Shown here in pieces: positions 24,901-38,615 of a DNA stretch of 64,000 bases. Location: contig ML996689.1 in NCBI GenBank assembly GCA_010356995.1, positions 1,196,691 through 1,260,690 on the forward strand, read 5' to 3'. Positions within the stretch are counted from its first letter, which is position 1, and each line of letters opens with the position of its first letter. Below the pieces are notes generated by a model. It did not search any database. It worked only from the letters and a program-made list of their open reading frames with translations, and was not told the origin of the DNA. A program made the position numbers and the translations under genes. Source of the DNA: Trichodelitschia bisporula. Taxonomy: Eukaryota.

Positions 24901-27188
24901 CCCTTGTAGTACTTGTGCTCCCAACCTTTCTGATGACCGGGCTGTTCGCGCCAGGCATCATACTCGGGCATGGTGAAGAAGGACGTCAACTGACGCGGGT
25001 GTTTGGCATCGCCCTTCCAGACCTTGACAATCGGCGTAATAAACACCGTCAAGAAATCCGGGATCTTCAGCAAGCTGGGGTACTGAGCCTCCAAGAAGTT
25101 GATCAGCAAGCCCTTGATGTGGCTGCCGTCGTGATCCTGATCCGTCATAATCATCAGGCGGCCGTACCGCAGACTCTTCGTGTCCGTGTAGTCCTTCTTG
25201 TGCTGCAGGCCCATGAATTTCTTGATGTTCTGGATTTCCTGGTTGTTCGAAATGGACGTGATGCTCGCGTCGCGCACGTTGAGCAGCTTGCCGCGAAGCG
25301 GAAACACGCCGATGAGATCGGGGCTCACAACCGCACGGCCTGCCAGCGCAAGACCGCTGGCCGAGTCACCTTCCGTCAGGATAAGCGTGCACCGATGTCC
25401 GTCGCGTGTGCCAGCCTTGTTGGCGTCCGTCAGCTTCGAGTTGTTCATGCGGGCGCGGCGACTGCCATCAGACTTGGCGAGCAACTGATCGGCTTTCTTC
25501 TCCGCGAAGTGCATGATGTTGGTAATGACCTCGGACTTGCAGATCTTTTCCAGAAACGAATCGGTGAGCGGGCACTTGGAGCCAAACTGGCTGGCCTTGG
25601 TAGTGAGCTGCTCCTTGGTCTGTGATGTGAAGGCGGGATTGACGATGAGACAGTTGACGAACAGGAACATGTGGTTCTGAATCTGTCCAGGCTTCAATGC
25701 GACGCCCTTCTTGTTCTTCTTCTTCATGTACTCCTGGATCCGCGTCACAATCTGGTCCGCCACCGCCTTGACGTGTGTGCCACCCGACGTCGTGGCAATG
25801 GAGTTGACGAAGGAGACTTGGCGGAAAGATCCGTCTGAAACCGCAAACCCGACCTCCCAACGCTCGTTCGGCTTGTCGATGATGATGAGTTTCGAGGGGT
25901 CAGTGGGCGCATCCTCAGTTGCGCCCGCCTCCAGTGCAATGGCCTTGGTGTACATCTGCATGTACTTCTTGAAGTTGTTGATTTTGATCATCTCGCCGTT
26001 GAGCTTGACTTTGACGCTATCGATGGTGCCTGCCAAATCGTAGATACGGCGCTTGACGAGGGCCTCAAAGTCGTCGTCCATGCCTTCCATACCAAAGCGC
26101 GCGTAGTCTGGCAAGAATGTGACTTTGGTGTAGTCGTCGCCCTTGTGATCCGTAATCTTGGCCTTGCCCTTGACGCTCATATTCTTGGTCCACGTCTGCT
26201 TGTATTTCTTCTTCTGCTTCGAGTCCGCCGTTTCCACGGTGAACTCCATGCTGAAGATGTTACAAAGCTTCGCACCGTACCCGTTACGGCCACCCGTGAC
26301 CTTGGCCTGGGCGTCATCGTAGTTGGAGGATGTCAGAAGGTGACCGAAGATCATTTCGGGGATGTAGATTTGTTGTTTCTAGTCCGTCAGTCATTGTCCA
26401 CATCATGAAAGGATAAACCTACCGCGTGAATCTCAATCGGAATACCCTTCCCGTTGTTCCACACGCTAATCTCGCCCGTCTCACGATTGACCGTGACCCT
26501 GATCTCGTTCATGTTCTTGTCATTCTGGCGATTGTCCGCAGCATTGACAAGCACCTCGTCGAAGATCTTGTACAAGCCAGGCACGTACTTGACATCGCGG
26601 AACTCCATCAGATTCGTGTCCGAGTTGAACACCCACATCTGCGCGTCGGTCCGCTCAATTGAGCCAATGTACGTATCCGGGCGCAGGGTGATATGCTCGA
26701 TATGCGAAATCATCTGATACTTCTCGCTGGAGCCCTTTGCACCGGCAGGTGGGGTCCCATCCATCGGCGCCTCATTATCGATCTCGCCAAACGGCGTCTT
26801 GCCTCCAATCTTGGTAGGGTTCTTGCGCGCCTTCTTCGCCGACGGCGGCGTGTTCGCAAGCAACGAGTCGTCGTGGAGGGAATCGTGATCGCGCTCGCCC
26901 GCGGAGTTTTCATCATCTGACTCGGGGAGTGCGCGTTTCTTTCCCGCTGCTTTGGGCGCAGCTTTCGCCTTCGGTGCGGCTTTGGGTTTGGGAGCTGCTT
27001 TGGGCTTCGCAGGGGCTTTGGGCTTGGGCGCGGCTTTGGGTTTCGCAGCGGCTTTCCTCGGGGCAGCCTTGGGTTTCTACCTCGCGTCAGAGGGGGGGGC
27101 AGATGAAGAGCAGTGGGGTACTAACAGCCTTGACCGGCTCAAAATCCGAGCTGGCGCCCACGTCAAACATGGACTCGTCGGAAGACAT
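21969..27188 (-). CDS. TOP2: DNA topoisomerase II
   Basis: EVLVNAADN, GGRNGYGAK, LTEGDSA, PLRGK, MTDQDHDGSHIKGL, YYKGLGTS and catalytic SPRYI; start MSSDESMFD at 27188; introns near 26380-26422 and 27078-27124. Confidence 0.98.
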
Positions 27189-28108
27189 GGTGAAGCAGTT
27201 CACTCCTCTGGGGGAGGACACAGAGGCGGCTCGCCGAGAGAAACGCAGGCAACGCGAGCAATGTAAACAAAAGTAACAGCAAATCGCCTAGAAAGAGAGA
27301 GCAAAATGGGTCGCTAGTCGTGATGCGTGGATGGTGAAATGAGGGAAGAGAGTCGTGGTTGTCGTCATCACAACACACGGCGTTTAGATTGTTTACTCTC
27401 GCTCCCGCGCAGGGCTCGAAACGCTGTTGTTGTTAGCGCGACCCTGCGGCACGGGCTGCTTGGCGTCGAGAAGCGGAGAGAGGAGACACAACCCCTGCGT
27501 CTTCGGGACTTGGCAGGGCTTTGCTATGGGCGGGCACAGCGGGGATGATTATTAACGATGAACTTGATGAGCGTGATGGCGAAAGATGTTTGCTTGCGGG
27601 GTCTGCTGGTGCATAAGTATCAGACGGAAGGAAGCTTATTATCACCGCATCCTTGTTCAGTCAAACTAGAACTAGTAACCCGGTCAAGAGCCAGCGATCC
27701 GAGGGGCTACGGCCTCATGGATATGCATACGGACAGAATGTGATGCATCACAGCCTGCTGTTCAAGACTACACTGGAAGCCATTGGTTACGTACATGCCT
27801 AGGCTACACAGTACCGTCCACCTTTCTTCCCACACAGCCTTATCTTCGCTGTTGGCCGTCGAATTGCCCCTCACCATCTGCCTCACATTGTGACGATTAC
27901 ATCGTTGCGAGACTGCTCTGCGGGGAAGATTTGCCTGAATCCGGGGATATCAGAGCGTGGTGGGGGATCTCTAGCGGTGATGTAGACACCTCACAGCCCA
28001 CATCACCACCATAGCCGATCACGCCCAGAACCAGCCAGTATCACTTCACGCAAAGGCCTCAGATTCCGAGCAAGGAGTCCATAAGTGTCGACAACGCTTG
28101 CCCATGGC

Positions 28109-28720
28109 TCACAAGTCCTCCTTCTTGATGACGCCCTTATTCTTCCTCCTTTTCTCATTCCTCTTCCTCCTCTTCTCATCCCGTTCCCTCTCCTCAACCT
28201 CCCTCCTCCTCTCCAACCTCTCCCCAAGATCCACAACCTCCCCACCCACCTCCTCCCTCCTCTTCCTCGCCAGCCACCTTAGTCTCTCCCTAACCTCCTC
28301 CACCCTCGCAACCTTCACCTCCCCCGTCTCCCCCACCTTAAGCAAATGCTGTCGACTATTAAAATGCTCCACAAGCTGCAAGCTATCCTTATACGTGAGA
28401 TCACAATCCGGACAATAAAACCCCGCACCCTTCCCCCTCTTCCCCACCGCCGCCCCCGCAGGCACAAGCATCGTCTTCCCCACCTGCGCCCCGACATCCA
28501 ACCGGCTCATCCGCGCCGACGTGTCCTTGGCGTCGGGGGGCGTACTCGCGCGCCGGAAGTATTTCTTGCCCGCGAGCTTGGCTTCGTAGCGTAGGCGCCC
28601 TTCTTCCTTCTCCTTTGCTTCGTGCGCGGCGGCTTTGGCGGCGTATTCGGCCTTGTCCCATGTTTTGCGGAAGGCGGTGTCGCCACCGCCGGGCCCGGAG
28701 GCGGTTTGTTTCTCTGACAT
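28109..28720 (-). CDS. SNU23: U4/U6.U5 snRNP component Snu23/ZMAT2 (matrin-type zinc finger)
   Basis: FRKTWD, GFYCPDCDLTYKDSLQLVEHFNSRQH, charged C-terminus. Confidence 0.9.
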   Translation of the reverse strand: MSEKQTASGPGGGDTAFRKTWDKAEYAAKAAAHEAKEKEEGRLRYEAKLAGKKYFRRASTPPDAKDTSARMSRLDVGAQVGKTMLVPAGAAVGKRGKGAGFYCPDCDLTYKDSLQLVEHFNSRQHLLKVGETGEVKVARVEEVRERLRWLARKRREEVGGEVVDLGERLERRREVEERERDEKRRKRNEKRRKNKGVIKKEDL

Positions 28721-29618
28721 GTTGTGAGGGCTGGTGGAGGGTGTGCGGAGGAGGGGGAGTTGAAGGGAGGGTTCGTCGTGGGGGAGGAGCGGAGTAGCCG
28801 CGGTGGTGGAGGCTTCGTGGGTGTGAGGAGTTGAAGCTGAAATGTGCGATTCGCTGTGGAATGCTCAGTGGCTTGTGTCAGAGTTTCTGCGACGCAGGTG
28901 TGGTTCTGGACTCCTTGTTGGATATGGCGATGAGAAAGGTAGACGAGTGACGAAAGCGCGTTGAGATGCTGATAGTGGCTGATAAGATAAGATTTGGAGC
29001 TTGGCCAAATTGGGCTCGGGCTTTGGGATTTCACAACAGGAGGACGAAGATGCTTGATCTGAATTCGAAAGAGCTCTAACGACTATACCTGCAAATAGCT
29101 CAGACATCTAGAACAGTTCAATTGTGATAGATCGCTGTATAGTCCGGATATTTGTACAGCATCGCTTATCACACTCAGCATCGCGAACGACTGGTATCAG
29201 TTCTACACCCCGACCCCACAAGAGGGCCGGATATCCCGATTGTACACACCAACTTCCACAGCACTATCAATGACGATGATGCCAACGGTGCCTCTGCCTC
29301 CTATCCATAAAGGTTTCGTCCGCCACCATCGTCATCAGTGATATCTCAACCACAAGCGCAACTGCCGCTCGAACACCTTTTGAAGGACAGTAATCCCTCT
29401 TGGTCAAATCAATAATAGCCCACACATTACAGTCATTAACCATCCCGCTATACCTCTTTCCACTGCCCATCACTCAGCCCATGAAAAGCAATGAAACAGA
29501 CCCAGGGATATCAAAACCGCCCGCCAACAATCGCAAAGATGAGAGGTCAGCCCTCCCACAGCCGAGCCAGAGGTGGCAAGCACATGTGGCTTTATCACCC
29601 TCCGTCACTTCCCCGTCT

Positions 29619-31024
29619 CTAGTTCTTGCTGAATCGTCTCTTCAGCCAACTCTTTCTCTTTCCTTCATCACCCATCGACGGCCGCTGGACAGGCTCATAC
29701 TGTTGCATCCGCTGGCCGCCGGTCATCATGGGAGAGGGAGCGCCATCTCCACCACCAAGCTTGATAACGTTCCTCCTAGGCGCTTCCTCTTGCCGCATCA
29801 CAGGTCCATCAACATGAGGCCCACGGCCCTGCCCTTGCGGAGGAAAGAAGCCAGACTGGTTGTTTCCTGGCATCACCCCCTGCTGCGCAGCATATGTATA
29901 GTCGCCCTCCTCCTGAATGCCTCCCTGCGTCGCGTGATACCGGTCATCAGCCCTCACGCGCTCCATGCTGCTGTTTTCGCTGCCGGGGTCGCCGGCCCCA
30001 TTGCTACCGGGCCATGCGTCGCTTCCGGTCGAGCCGCCAGTATTGACAGTTGCTTGCGAGGCAGTATATCCCGGGTTCGGGTAGACCGCGCCCGGGCCGT
30101 ATCGCGCGAGCTGAGGGTCCGATTGCTGGCGAGCGGCACCTGGGAGGCGCCGCTGCGGGTTGGGGGGTGGACCCGACTCATAATATGAGTCCCGGGGACG
30201 GGTGGAGGTCCGCGTGGATTGGTCGTAAGAGCCGACGCCTAGATATGTTAGCTGTGATCAAGAAGCGGCAATAATCCAGTTCCAGCTATCGTCAACGCGC
30301 CCAAATTCCACAGTCAACGCCGCAAAATCCATTGAAGGACAAATTCAAAGACATCCAAGATGTCAAGAACAACACGATACTGACTACGAAAACGATGCTT
30401 AAACAACGCGGACGGATGACGCGACATATCCCGGGAATAAAGAAAGGAGGGATCGGGGGACCTACCCCAGTGGGCGGAAGACCGGCGGCTCTGGGCGTCA
30501 TACTCGTGCGCGTGTTCTATTCCGATCAGCTTTTGCCAGTATGCATCGCACATGGGCACACTCACGACGCCGGTAGTCGCCATCAATGGCGGCTTCGAAC
30601 GAGCGAATGGTCTCGAGGGGCCGCTCGTCGCGGCGACGAGTCGGATTGGAAGGGTCGGGATTGGCTGGTATGTTAGCTAGGCTATATACGGTGATGGTGT
30701 ACGTACTGATGATGTTGCCATACATATCAGTATACGTTCCGGCGCGGAGAGAGCCCATGGTGGACTTTTCCAGAGCAGCCTGGACTAGATGATGGATTAG
30801 GGCAGTCTTACGATACGCAAGGCAAACCTACTCGGCTGGAACTCCGTCATGGCGGCATTGGGATTCGCCTTGCTGGTGGAGCTCATATGCTGCTTCGCCT
30901 TTTCATCGTGACTCTCTGCAAGCGACTCCTTGCGCCGTGCAGAGCCCTTGGTTGACGCAGAGCGATCACTGTGGAAGCTGAAGCCCGACTTTGAGCGCGG
31001 GCGACCGCCTCGCTGAGCTTCCAT
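29619..31024 (-). CDS. DUF2406-family fungal protein, multi-exon
   Basis: KANPNAAMTEFQP, TDMYGNII and NPDPSNPTRRRDERPLETIRSFEAAIDG; ends KRKSWLKRRFSKN. Confidence 0.8.
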
Positions 31025-33219
31025 TGTAGGTGACGTAGAGGTGAGGTTCGGGGGAACGATATATGAGTTGTGCAGCCGTTAGCCGGCACGGTGAAAAGGG
31101 AGTGCAGTCGACGATGGGTTGTGTGCGGCGCGAAAGTCGTGCGGTGGTCAAAGAAGCCGATCGAATTGTGGCGGGTCGGCAATGCGCACAGGGCGGGGCT
31201 GAGGCAGAGACTATGTGCGTGGCAGTGGGGGGTCTGCGTGGATGAATACAAAGCAGCACAAAGGAGCAGAGTGAGGATGAGATAGGTTGGTGTGCTTGAT
31301 GGAGAGAAAGATAAGATGTGTGGATGTTCAGTTTGCTGTGCTGGGAGGGATGGATATGGAAGGGTCGTGGTCGGGGTCACGGAATAATATGTGGAGGGTT
31401 GGGTAATGGGGGAGAGAGACGTGAATGGGTAGTGGCCACTGCACAGCCTTCTCTAGCCTGGTCTTTTGATTTGCTTGGTCGAGCTACCTACAGCTCTTCT
31501 TCCTTCTCAACCGTCTTAGCTTTACGAGTATTGATGGGCGGAGAACTCTCCAGCCGGATGTTCAAAGACCCTCTATTCACATCTCATCCCCTCCACACAC
31601 ACAAGCGTGACGAGGCGAGGCGGGGCCGGAAGGTCATCCTAGCCCGGGAATTTAGCAAATGAATCGTCGAGCCTACGTAGTGATGCATACATTTCGATAC
31701 CCGCTGCAGCGCCGATGAGGCCAATCAGGGCGCCACCGGGAACTCGTTGCCTCTTGTTGAGTGCGTTGGGCGATCTGTTTACAAAGGCCTCACACTTTTC
31801 ACCGACGGGAGTTGACACGCTTTTTTCACGGGTTGACGTCTAATGTCTTAAAGCCCAGCTTCTCCCCGCCCTTCCCCATAAGCCAAAGAGCAAGCCAAAT
31901 CTCCCCCACAAAGCCATCCCACACGGACGCGCAAGAAAAAGCGGGGGGGGAGGGGAAAAGACAGACGACAAAAGACCTCAAACCGAGCCGTTGCAGCACC
32001 AGGAACCATCAAGATCAATTTCTATCCTGCTCGACGCACCAACCTACTCTTCATCCTTCCATGGGGCGATAAAATCCTGCTTTTCAGAGTTCTGACCACC
32101 AAGCTGCAAACTACGGAGTAGGTAAAGAACAGCCCACGACTCGCAAGTTTGTATGCCACACCGTTGTGTCTATCTCTCTCTATTTCGCCAACCAGCCAGT
32201 CATCCCACCATCTTCCCAGTTCCAAACTAAATATCAGCTCAGTTCCTCCGCGTCCCTTTCGCCGCACCATATGTTCTTATCGCAACCGAGACGAACATCG
32301 GCCCCGCAAAGGCTCGGGATGATCAACCTTTGGTGCTTGGTAGTCCCTTAGTTAGACCCCTTGAGGCCAGATATGTTTAACCTTTCCCCTTCTTCGTTCT
32401 CTCCCATGGAAATCCCCATAATCCGTAGGGATGTACAGCAATCCACTATGCCCATCATCAAATCGAAACACCTTCCCAACTCCGCCAGGCCGTCCAGAGT
32501 GGCTGGCAGGGCTGTGCAAGCCAGCCCCACCCCGCCTCCCCCCGGCTTCCCGGCCATTGCGCCACCCAGCCAGTCAGGTCAGCCACCGATGCAACGTGAG
32601 GGACGTGTCTCACTCTGCGACGCGTCTCATCCGAACGTGCCGGAAGGATAAGGTTAACGGCGAGAAAATGCCCCGCATCGCGAGTTGGACAGCCTTATCT
32701 CGTTATCATAAATGCAAAGTTGAACGTCCGGACCGTTGAATTCCCTTTGTCCGCTTGTACGCCGTAAACTGTCCGGCCCCCGCGGCCCGCTCAATGCCGC
32801 AATTCACATGTTCTTCTCATCATGGGGCCTTGTGCCCCAGACCCACTGTGCTATGGCCGCAGCAACACGTACGGTACCGGCACAGACAACACAGCAGTAT
32901 CCGGCGTGCTAGTATCAAACTCCCCCGTTTCACCACCCCTAAAGCTCCACCCAGTCACACCACTTTATCCGCCAGGCTCTAGGAATCGGCAGCAAATCCT
33001 TCCACGGGGAACAAGTCATACCCGTTAGAACCCCCAAGCCCGTCTAATATGCACATCGGCCAAGTCTCCAAGCCACCCTCCCCCAATACCCCAAGACCTT
33101 GTGCACATCATATAGACAAGCCGAATCCCACCGGTGCGATATACACTTCCAGAACCCTTCTTCTTCCGCTCGGAAATCGTCCTTCCGGCCGCGCCCAGCC
33201 TATTCCGCGCCTTACATCA

Positions 33220-34429
33220 TCATCCGCTCGCCTTCTTACTCATCACCGCCGCCGCGTCAACCCCACTCCACGCCCTCACTACGCGTTGAACCCCTGCCGG
33301 CAGCGCTGGCACTAGCGGTACGAAGCGCGTGTACACCGGACGGCAGATGTCACCGCTGCGGCCCGCATCGACTAGATCGACGATCTCGCGCGCGAGCTCT
33401 ACGGGCGGGACGACGGGGGCTAGAAACGCGGATGGCGTCGTGAGGCCTGCGAAGAGACCTGTGTCGAGCTGGCCTGGAGCTACCAGTATGGTTTTGATAT
33501 TCCGAGCATTGGGATGGGTGGAGTAGGCGAGCTCGGCGCGAAGGGACGCGTGTAGCGCAAGAAGGCCGGCTTTCGCGGATGTGTACGATGCTGCATTGTG
33601 GGTCAGGGGGCTGTGTTGTGGGTTTGGTTTAAGGCGGGGCTTACAGAGGTTTGCGCAGCCCAGATAGCCGAGAACGCTAGCAACGGTCACAACGGTACCG
33701 TGGCCCTGGGTAAGCATGTCGGGGAGGAAGGTATGGATGGTGTGGAAGTGGGACAGTAAGTTGACGCGAATGCTTCTATGGTCCGGTTAGCGGTTGACTT
33801 GAAGTTTTGAAGAGCCGTACTTCTCCGCTTCGGCTGACGTCTGCTCGAGAAGCGACTTTCGGTGGACGATGGCTGCGTTATTGATGAGGATGGTCGGTAT
33901 TCCGAGCTGAGTATGTCAGTTCACGATGCTCATTGAAGCTCAACGGCAGGTAGTGAGATTCATCGTTGCATACGTCAGCTCTGATCCTCTCCGCCGCCTT
34001 TTTCACACTCCCTGCATCCCCGATATCGCACTCGTAGAACGCCAACCCCATAGCATCCTTCTCCTCCACCTTCTTGACATCCAAAACTGCCACCGCCGCG
34101 CCTCTCATTGCGTAGAAATCGGCTACCAGCCGTCCTAGCCCGCTGGAACCTCCCGTAATCACGATCACCTCGTCGGAGAGATCGACATCGCGAGCAACGC
34201 CGTACGCGACGCGGTTATTGATCGCCGAAAATACGGACAGGAGCGTGAGGAGCGCGGCGTACGCGACGCTCAACGTGAAGGAGAAGTCGGAATATGGCAC
34301 AGCGACTGCGCGGAGGGAGAGAGGCACCATCCATGCCACAAAGGGGTGGAAGATGGTTTTGCACGCGGCGACGAGGACGATGTCGACTGTGAGGGCGCCG
34401 TGCCAGGCGGATTTGCTGGTGGTAGGCAT
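33220..34429 (-). CDS. Short-chain dehydrogenase/reductase (retinol dehydrogenase-like) with N-terminal membrane segments
   Basis: VIVITGGSSGLG, INNAAIV, VASVLG and YTSAK catalytic motif; three introns. Confidence 0.88.
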
Positions 34430-34912
34430 ACTGCGGAGGTCCCTAGATGCTCACTGGGAGCTGCGCGTGAGGGGAAGTGCGGAATAGGAGCATCTGTGAT
34501 ATGTTTCCCGCACTACTGCGACCACTGGCTAGTTATATTCGCCTGCACGCGTCGTCCGACTATTTAGGGTGGTGTTGAGCGGCGCTTAAACAGATCTGCA
34601 AAGTGATTGGCGCTGTGCATTGGCCAGTGAGAGATGAGATGTTATGTCTCGGTTATTGGTTGTTCCATTCCGGTAGGCTAGACCCTTTTTGGAAGCATGG
34701 CAGCAATGGTGCTCGTTCGAAACATCTCCGCCCGCCGCACTACTCTCTCGTCTCAAACTATCTGAGGTAGAGAATACACGTTTAGCTTGATCCCCACGTC
34801 TTGTCTCGTGCTGCTGTCTCTTCCACTTTCAGCTTGAACCTCTATTCATCATTTGACACTCTCAATACCAGCTTTCACCACCCAAAGCTGTCCGAACGCA
34901 TCATCCCTCACC

Positions 34913-36562
34913 ATGGCGCGCATTCGCAGTCCTTCACCCGACCTCTCGCGACATTCGGGCTCTCCGCCGCCTCCACAGTCCAAGCGGGACAAGCGACGGA
35001 CCATGTTGTCCGATAAACTGAACGATATGATCGCCTCGTTCAACGCGAACCTGCGCCCGCACTACGAGGCGCAAGTGGGCGCGCTGCAGGTTGACATCAA
35101 CCTGATCCTTCGCGCCGACCCCTACCAGAACAAGCCGCTCGAGGACGACCCGGCCGAGATCCAGAACTTGATCATGAGCACCGTGGGCAATAAGGCGCCT
35201 GGTGATCAGGTTGGCGAGCAGGACTTTCAGGCCGATGCGGGGAAGCTGTACACGGGCTTTGTCCACGACGTGAATAATGCGCAGGAGGAAAGAGACATCA
35301 ATTTGACACTTCTCGCGGTGAGTCTACCCGGCTGTGGGTTGGACCGTTGCTGATCTTCTTAGACGAAGCACCAAAATGCCCTCGCTGAGCTCGACCAGCG
35401 ATACCAATTCCAGGTCCACCTTGCTCACCAAGAGCACCGCCTCCTTGCGAACACGATCCGCGAACGTCTCCTCCACCAAGTTAGCCAAAAGAAAGCTCGC
35501 CTCTTGAAGGAAAAAGAGCAGCTAGATATCGGCGACAGCAACGCCTTCCTCCTCCACCCGAACCAGTTCAGCATCACAAACCCTGCCTCTCCAGGCGGAG
35601 GCCACAAGCGCGCAACGCGCAACACAGGCAAGCGCGGCGCAGACATGGACGAGAGCATGGCACAAGAAAACAAGCGGCGCCGCAAAGCGCTTTTCGAAGA
35701 AATCGAGGGCCAGTCCCCGGCACCGGGCAACTCCCGCGGCGGCGACAGCTCGCCGTTCCGCAGCGAGAAGGCGAAGAACGCGTATCACCAATACGAGGCG
35801 CCGGCATATTCTATCGACCGGCTATTCACGGAGCGCGAGCTTGCAATGACGATGAACCTGGCAGCCATTGCCACGACGAACTTCCTAGTCAAACAGAACT
35901 CAGGCCAACCGGATACAAATGGGGCATCAAACGGACAAGCCGACACCGAAGAAGCAGCCTCCGGGTCCAACACGGCCGCCGACGGAGATGAAGAAGACGT
36001 CCCGCCCCCCGCAGCCCCGGAAATGGAACGCACCGTCAGCCAATCCTACCACGCGACGCGGGGTGCAACGCGCAACGCCCTCACAGACCTAGCCGCCGCC
36101 GCAACCCGCGACCTCCCCTTCTCCTCCGTTGTGCCAACCTACATCCCCGCCGTCATCGGCAGCAAAGCCAACAGTGCCCCCGTCACCGCAGCCCCGCTGA
36201 GTCAAGCCGAAATCGAGCAGGATCTCGCTATCATGGGGCGTGACACGCGCGGCGCAGACGAGTATAATGACCGTTTGCTCCGCCATGCTGTGGCACCGCA
36301 TCCGCCGAGCGAGTATTCGTACCAGGCGCCGGCGCTGCTGCTCCCGAGTGGTGAGCAGGAGTTGTTTGGGCTGCATGCTGGCCTTGCCGGAGGCGTGGCG
36401 ATGAGTGCACAGAGTAGTGCGCAGGGTCACGGGAATGAGGCGGGGGTGCCGATGAGTAGGCAGGGGAGTGCGAGGGGAGGGTTGGCGAAGCAGAGTAGTT
36501 TTACTGGGGCGGGGGGGTTGTTGGGGGTTGGTGAGGGGGGAAGGAGGAGGGGTGGAAGGTAG
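34913..36562 (+). CDS. SDS3: Sds3-like Rpd3/Sin3 deacetylase complex subunit
   Basis: SKRDKRRTML..LQVDINLILRADPY, RLLKEKEQLDIGDSNAFLLHPNQFSITNPASPGG and SIDRLFTERELAM; intron ~35318-35362. Confidence 0.82.
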
Positions 36563-36719
36563 AGGGATGGAAGGTGGGCGAGGGAAGGTTGAGGGGCGGA
36601 GGGTGGAAGGGTGGAGGGGTGGAAGGTAGAGGGGAGGAGCTTTGCTGAGTAGGGGGGTTGAGGAAGTTGAATTCTATTGCGATGCTGGAGATCGCGACTG
36701 CACGGTTGGCGGCATAGAC

Positions 36720-38615
36720 CTCGTTACTTACTTCTACGGAGCAAAGGAAGGCGCATTGGGTTGCGGAGGGCTATGGGAAGGTATGGTTCGCTCTTTTCCC
36801 ATAAGCTTGCTCGATGTTTATCGCAGACTTGTCTTCTCACTAAATGTGTACTGCCCCACAGCCACATATCGTGCCACTCTGTCGACCAAATCCCGTAACC
36901 TTATCGTGGAACTCGCTCTACGATTCCTAGCCATGCCCAGGAAGATCATTTACTGTCCGTGGTGTCACCACGAAGGCCACTGCATTATCACCCACAATTG
37001 GATACCACTGGCGACCGCGGAGCAGATAGACCGAGCCCTTCGGCGCCACGCAAACTGAATCACTTAACGCCTCCAACACCACATCCTGTGATATAAGTAT
37101 GGGTAGGGACAGATCACGTGATGGAGTCTAGGGTACGGACAGCAGTATGGTGTCATGCCATGCATTATGCGAGGGCAGGAGTGACCGTGGAGAATATATC
37201 GTATTTAAGAGTTTGCTTGCTTCTGTCTTTTCCTCTTCATTACAACACAGAATCATCAACATCATCATCAGCATCATCGTCAACATCATCATCATCGTCG
37301 TCAACACCACCATCATCAACACAGAATCAAGACCACAGCAGATTGTTTTTCTCACACCTTCCAGGTGTCGTTTTGCTTGCTCTGCTTTGCTTGCTAGCTT
37401 GCTTTGAGAGTCATACTCTCACCATCCTGCACCTTGAGGAGGACTCCAATACCACATACCACATTCCCATGTGGTTCAGGGCGCAGTTAGCCTTTGCTAT
37501 GGCTGATCCTATAGCCGATGACGAGCTCCTAACTACCGTCCCAAACGCGTGGAATAACGGGTTTGTGTGGGCCATCGCTCTGAAAACGAGGCACGGCTGA
37601 CGTCGCTTAGTTTGGTCGGGAAATCCAAGCTTACGGTCACGGCATTTGCGCGGCACTGGGTGCGACCACAGCAGCCTTGTCCCCAGACCATGTGACCGCG
37701 CACGTCGTTCGCGGAGCTCTGGCTCCAGAGTTCCTGCCGTCCTCACAGGTATCACCGTACAAGCCGTGGATATGAACGTTGAACCCCCCAATGAGAATGG
37801 AGAGACGAAAAACACCATGGTAAGGCACTTATCTTCCTTATCGTACCCTACTAAGCCCTCAGAACGCCGCTATATACGCTTGCTCGATGTTTGATACACA
37901 CTCTTCTTCTCTCACAACCACACATCCTATGTATCAAGTCTCTCTTCACTTTAAGTCACTCTTTACTTCCTCTGCCATATCCTCCTCGGCCAGGTCCTCC
38001 TGTGTACTAAGTCACTCTTCACTTCCTCCGCCATCTCTTCCTCCGCCAGGTCCTCCTCCGCCATGCCCTCCACCCTCCATGAGACCACAACCCCGACCCC
38101 CATGGGATGGGCGAGGAAATTTTTCCTTGTAAGGCACTTCTCTTCTTTGCTGTGCCCTAGTAAGCCCTCACAGCGATGGCACCCGCGATTGTATCAACGG
38201 TCTGAGCTTTGCCGCATCCCTTTTCCTCTATGGATGTGCTCTATTTGCCGAGGAGAACGATGAGCCGTCCTACCTCGACCCAGCGTGCCTGTCAATGCTG
38301 GTAGGCCTGATCTTACAAGCATACGGAGCTTTCATCATTGCGTTGTCGCTTTGCAATGCTAGGCTGGGCGAGGCGTAGACAAAATGGGCATGGCTGTGTC
38401 TCATCATAAATGCCGTGCTTATGTCCTGGGGCCTGCCACTGTACAAGAGATTCCCCAGTGCGGCTTCAACGACCTCCGCCATATGTGGCACCTTCCAGAT
38501 GCACATCACCGCCCTCGTCTTTAATGCCTCTATGAAGACGCGGAGCTGGCAACAAAACCTCGCTAACCCGGATCGCTACGCCACTCATGTCAGCGATCTA
38601 TCGGTTGAGGATTGA
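36720..38615 (+). pseudogene. Inverted paralogue of the 20167-21610 locus; decayed orphan membrane-protein gene with a duplicated intron unit
   Basis: 36720-37080 resembles the reverse complement of ~21300-21610; shared introns 37565-37610 and 37820-37862, third copy 38129-38173; last exon encodes hydrophobic stretches with one internal TAG. Confidence 0.55.
37253..37320. repeat. (CAT/CAA)n-type degenerate microsatellite
   Basis: atcatcaacatcatcatcagcatcatcgtcaac run. Confidence 0.85.

Noticed and set aside
23076..25625. Long plus-strand ORFs (425 aa, 305 aa) inside TOP2
   Set aside because: Antisense shadows caused by strong codon bias; no motifs.
31025..33219. 2.2-kb gene-free stretch with many short ORFs
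   Set aside because: Consistent with the upstream region of the DUF2406 gene; no coding or RNA structure signal seen.
37598..37600. TGA conserved in both paralogous loci, suggesting readthrough or recoding
   Set aside because: It lies in a GCTGAC branch site of a predicted 46-nt intron, which explains the conservation.
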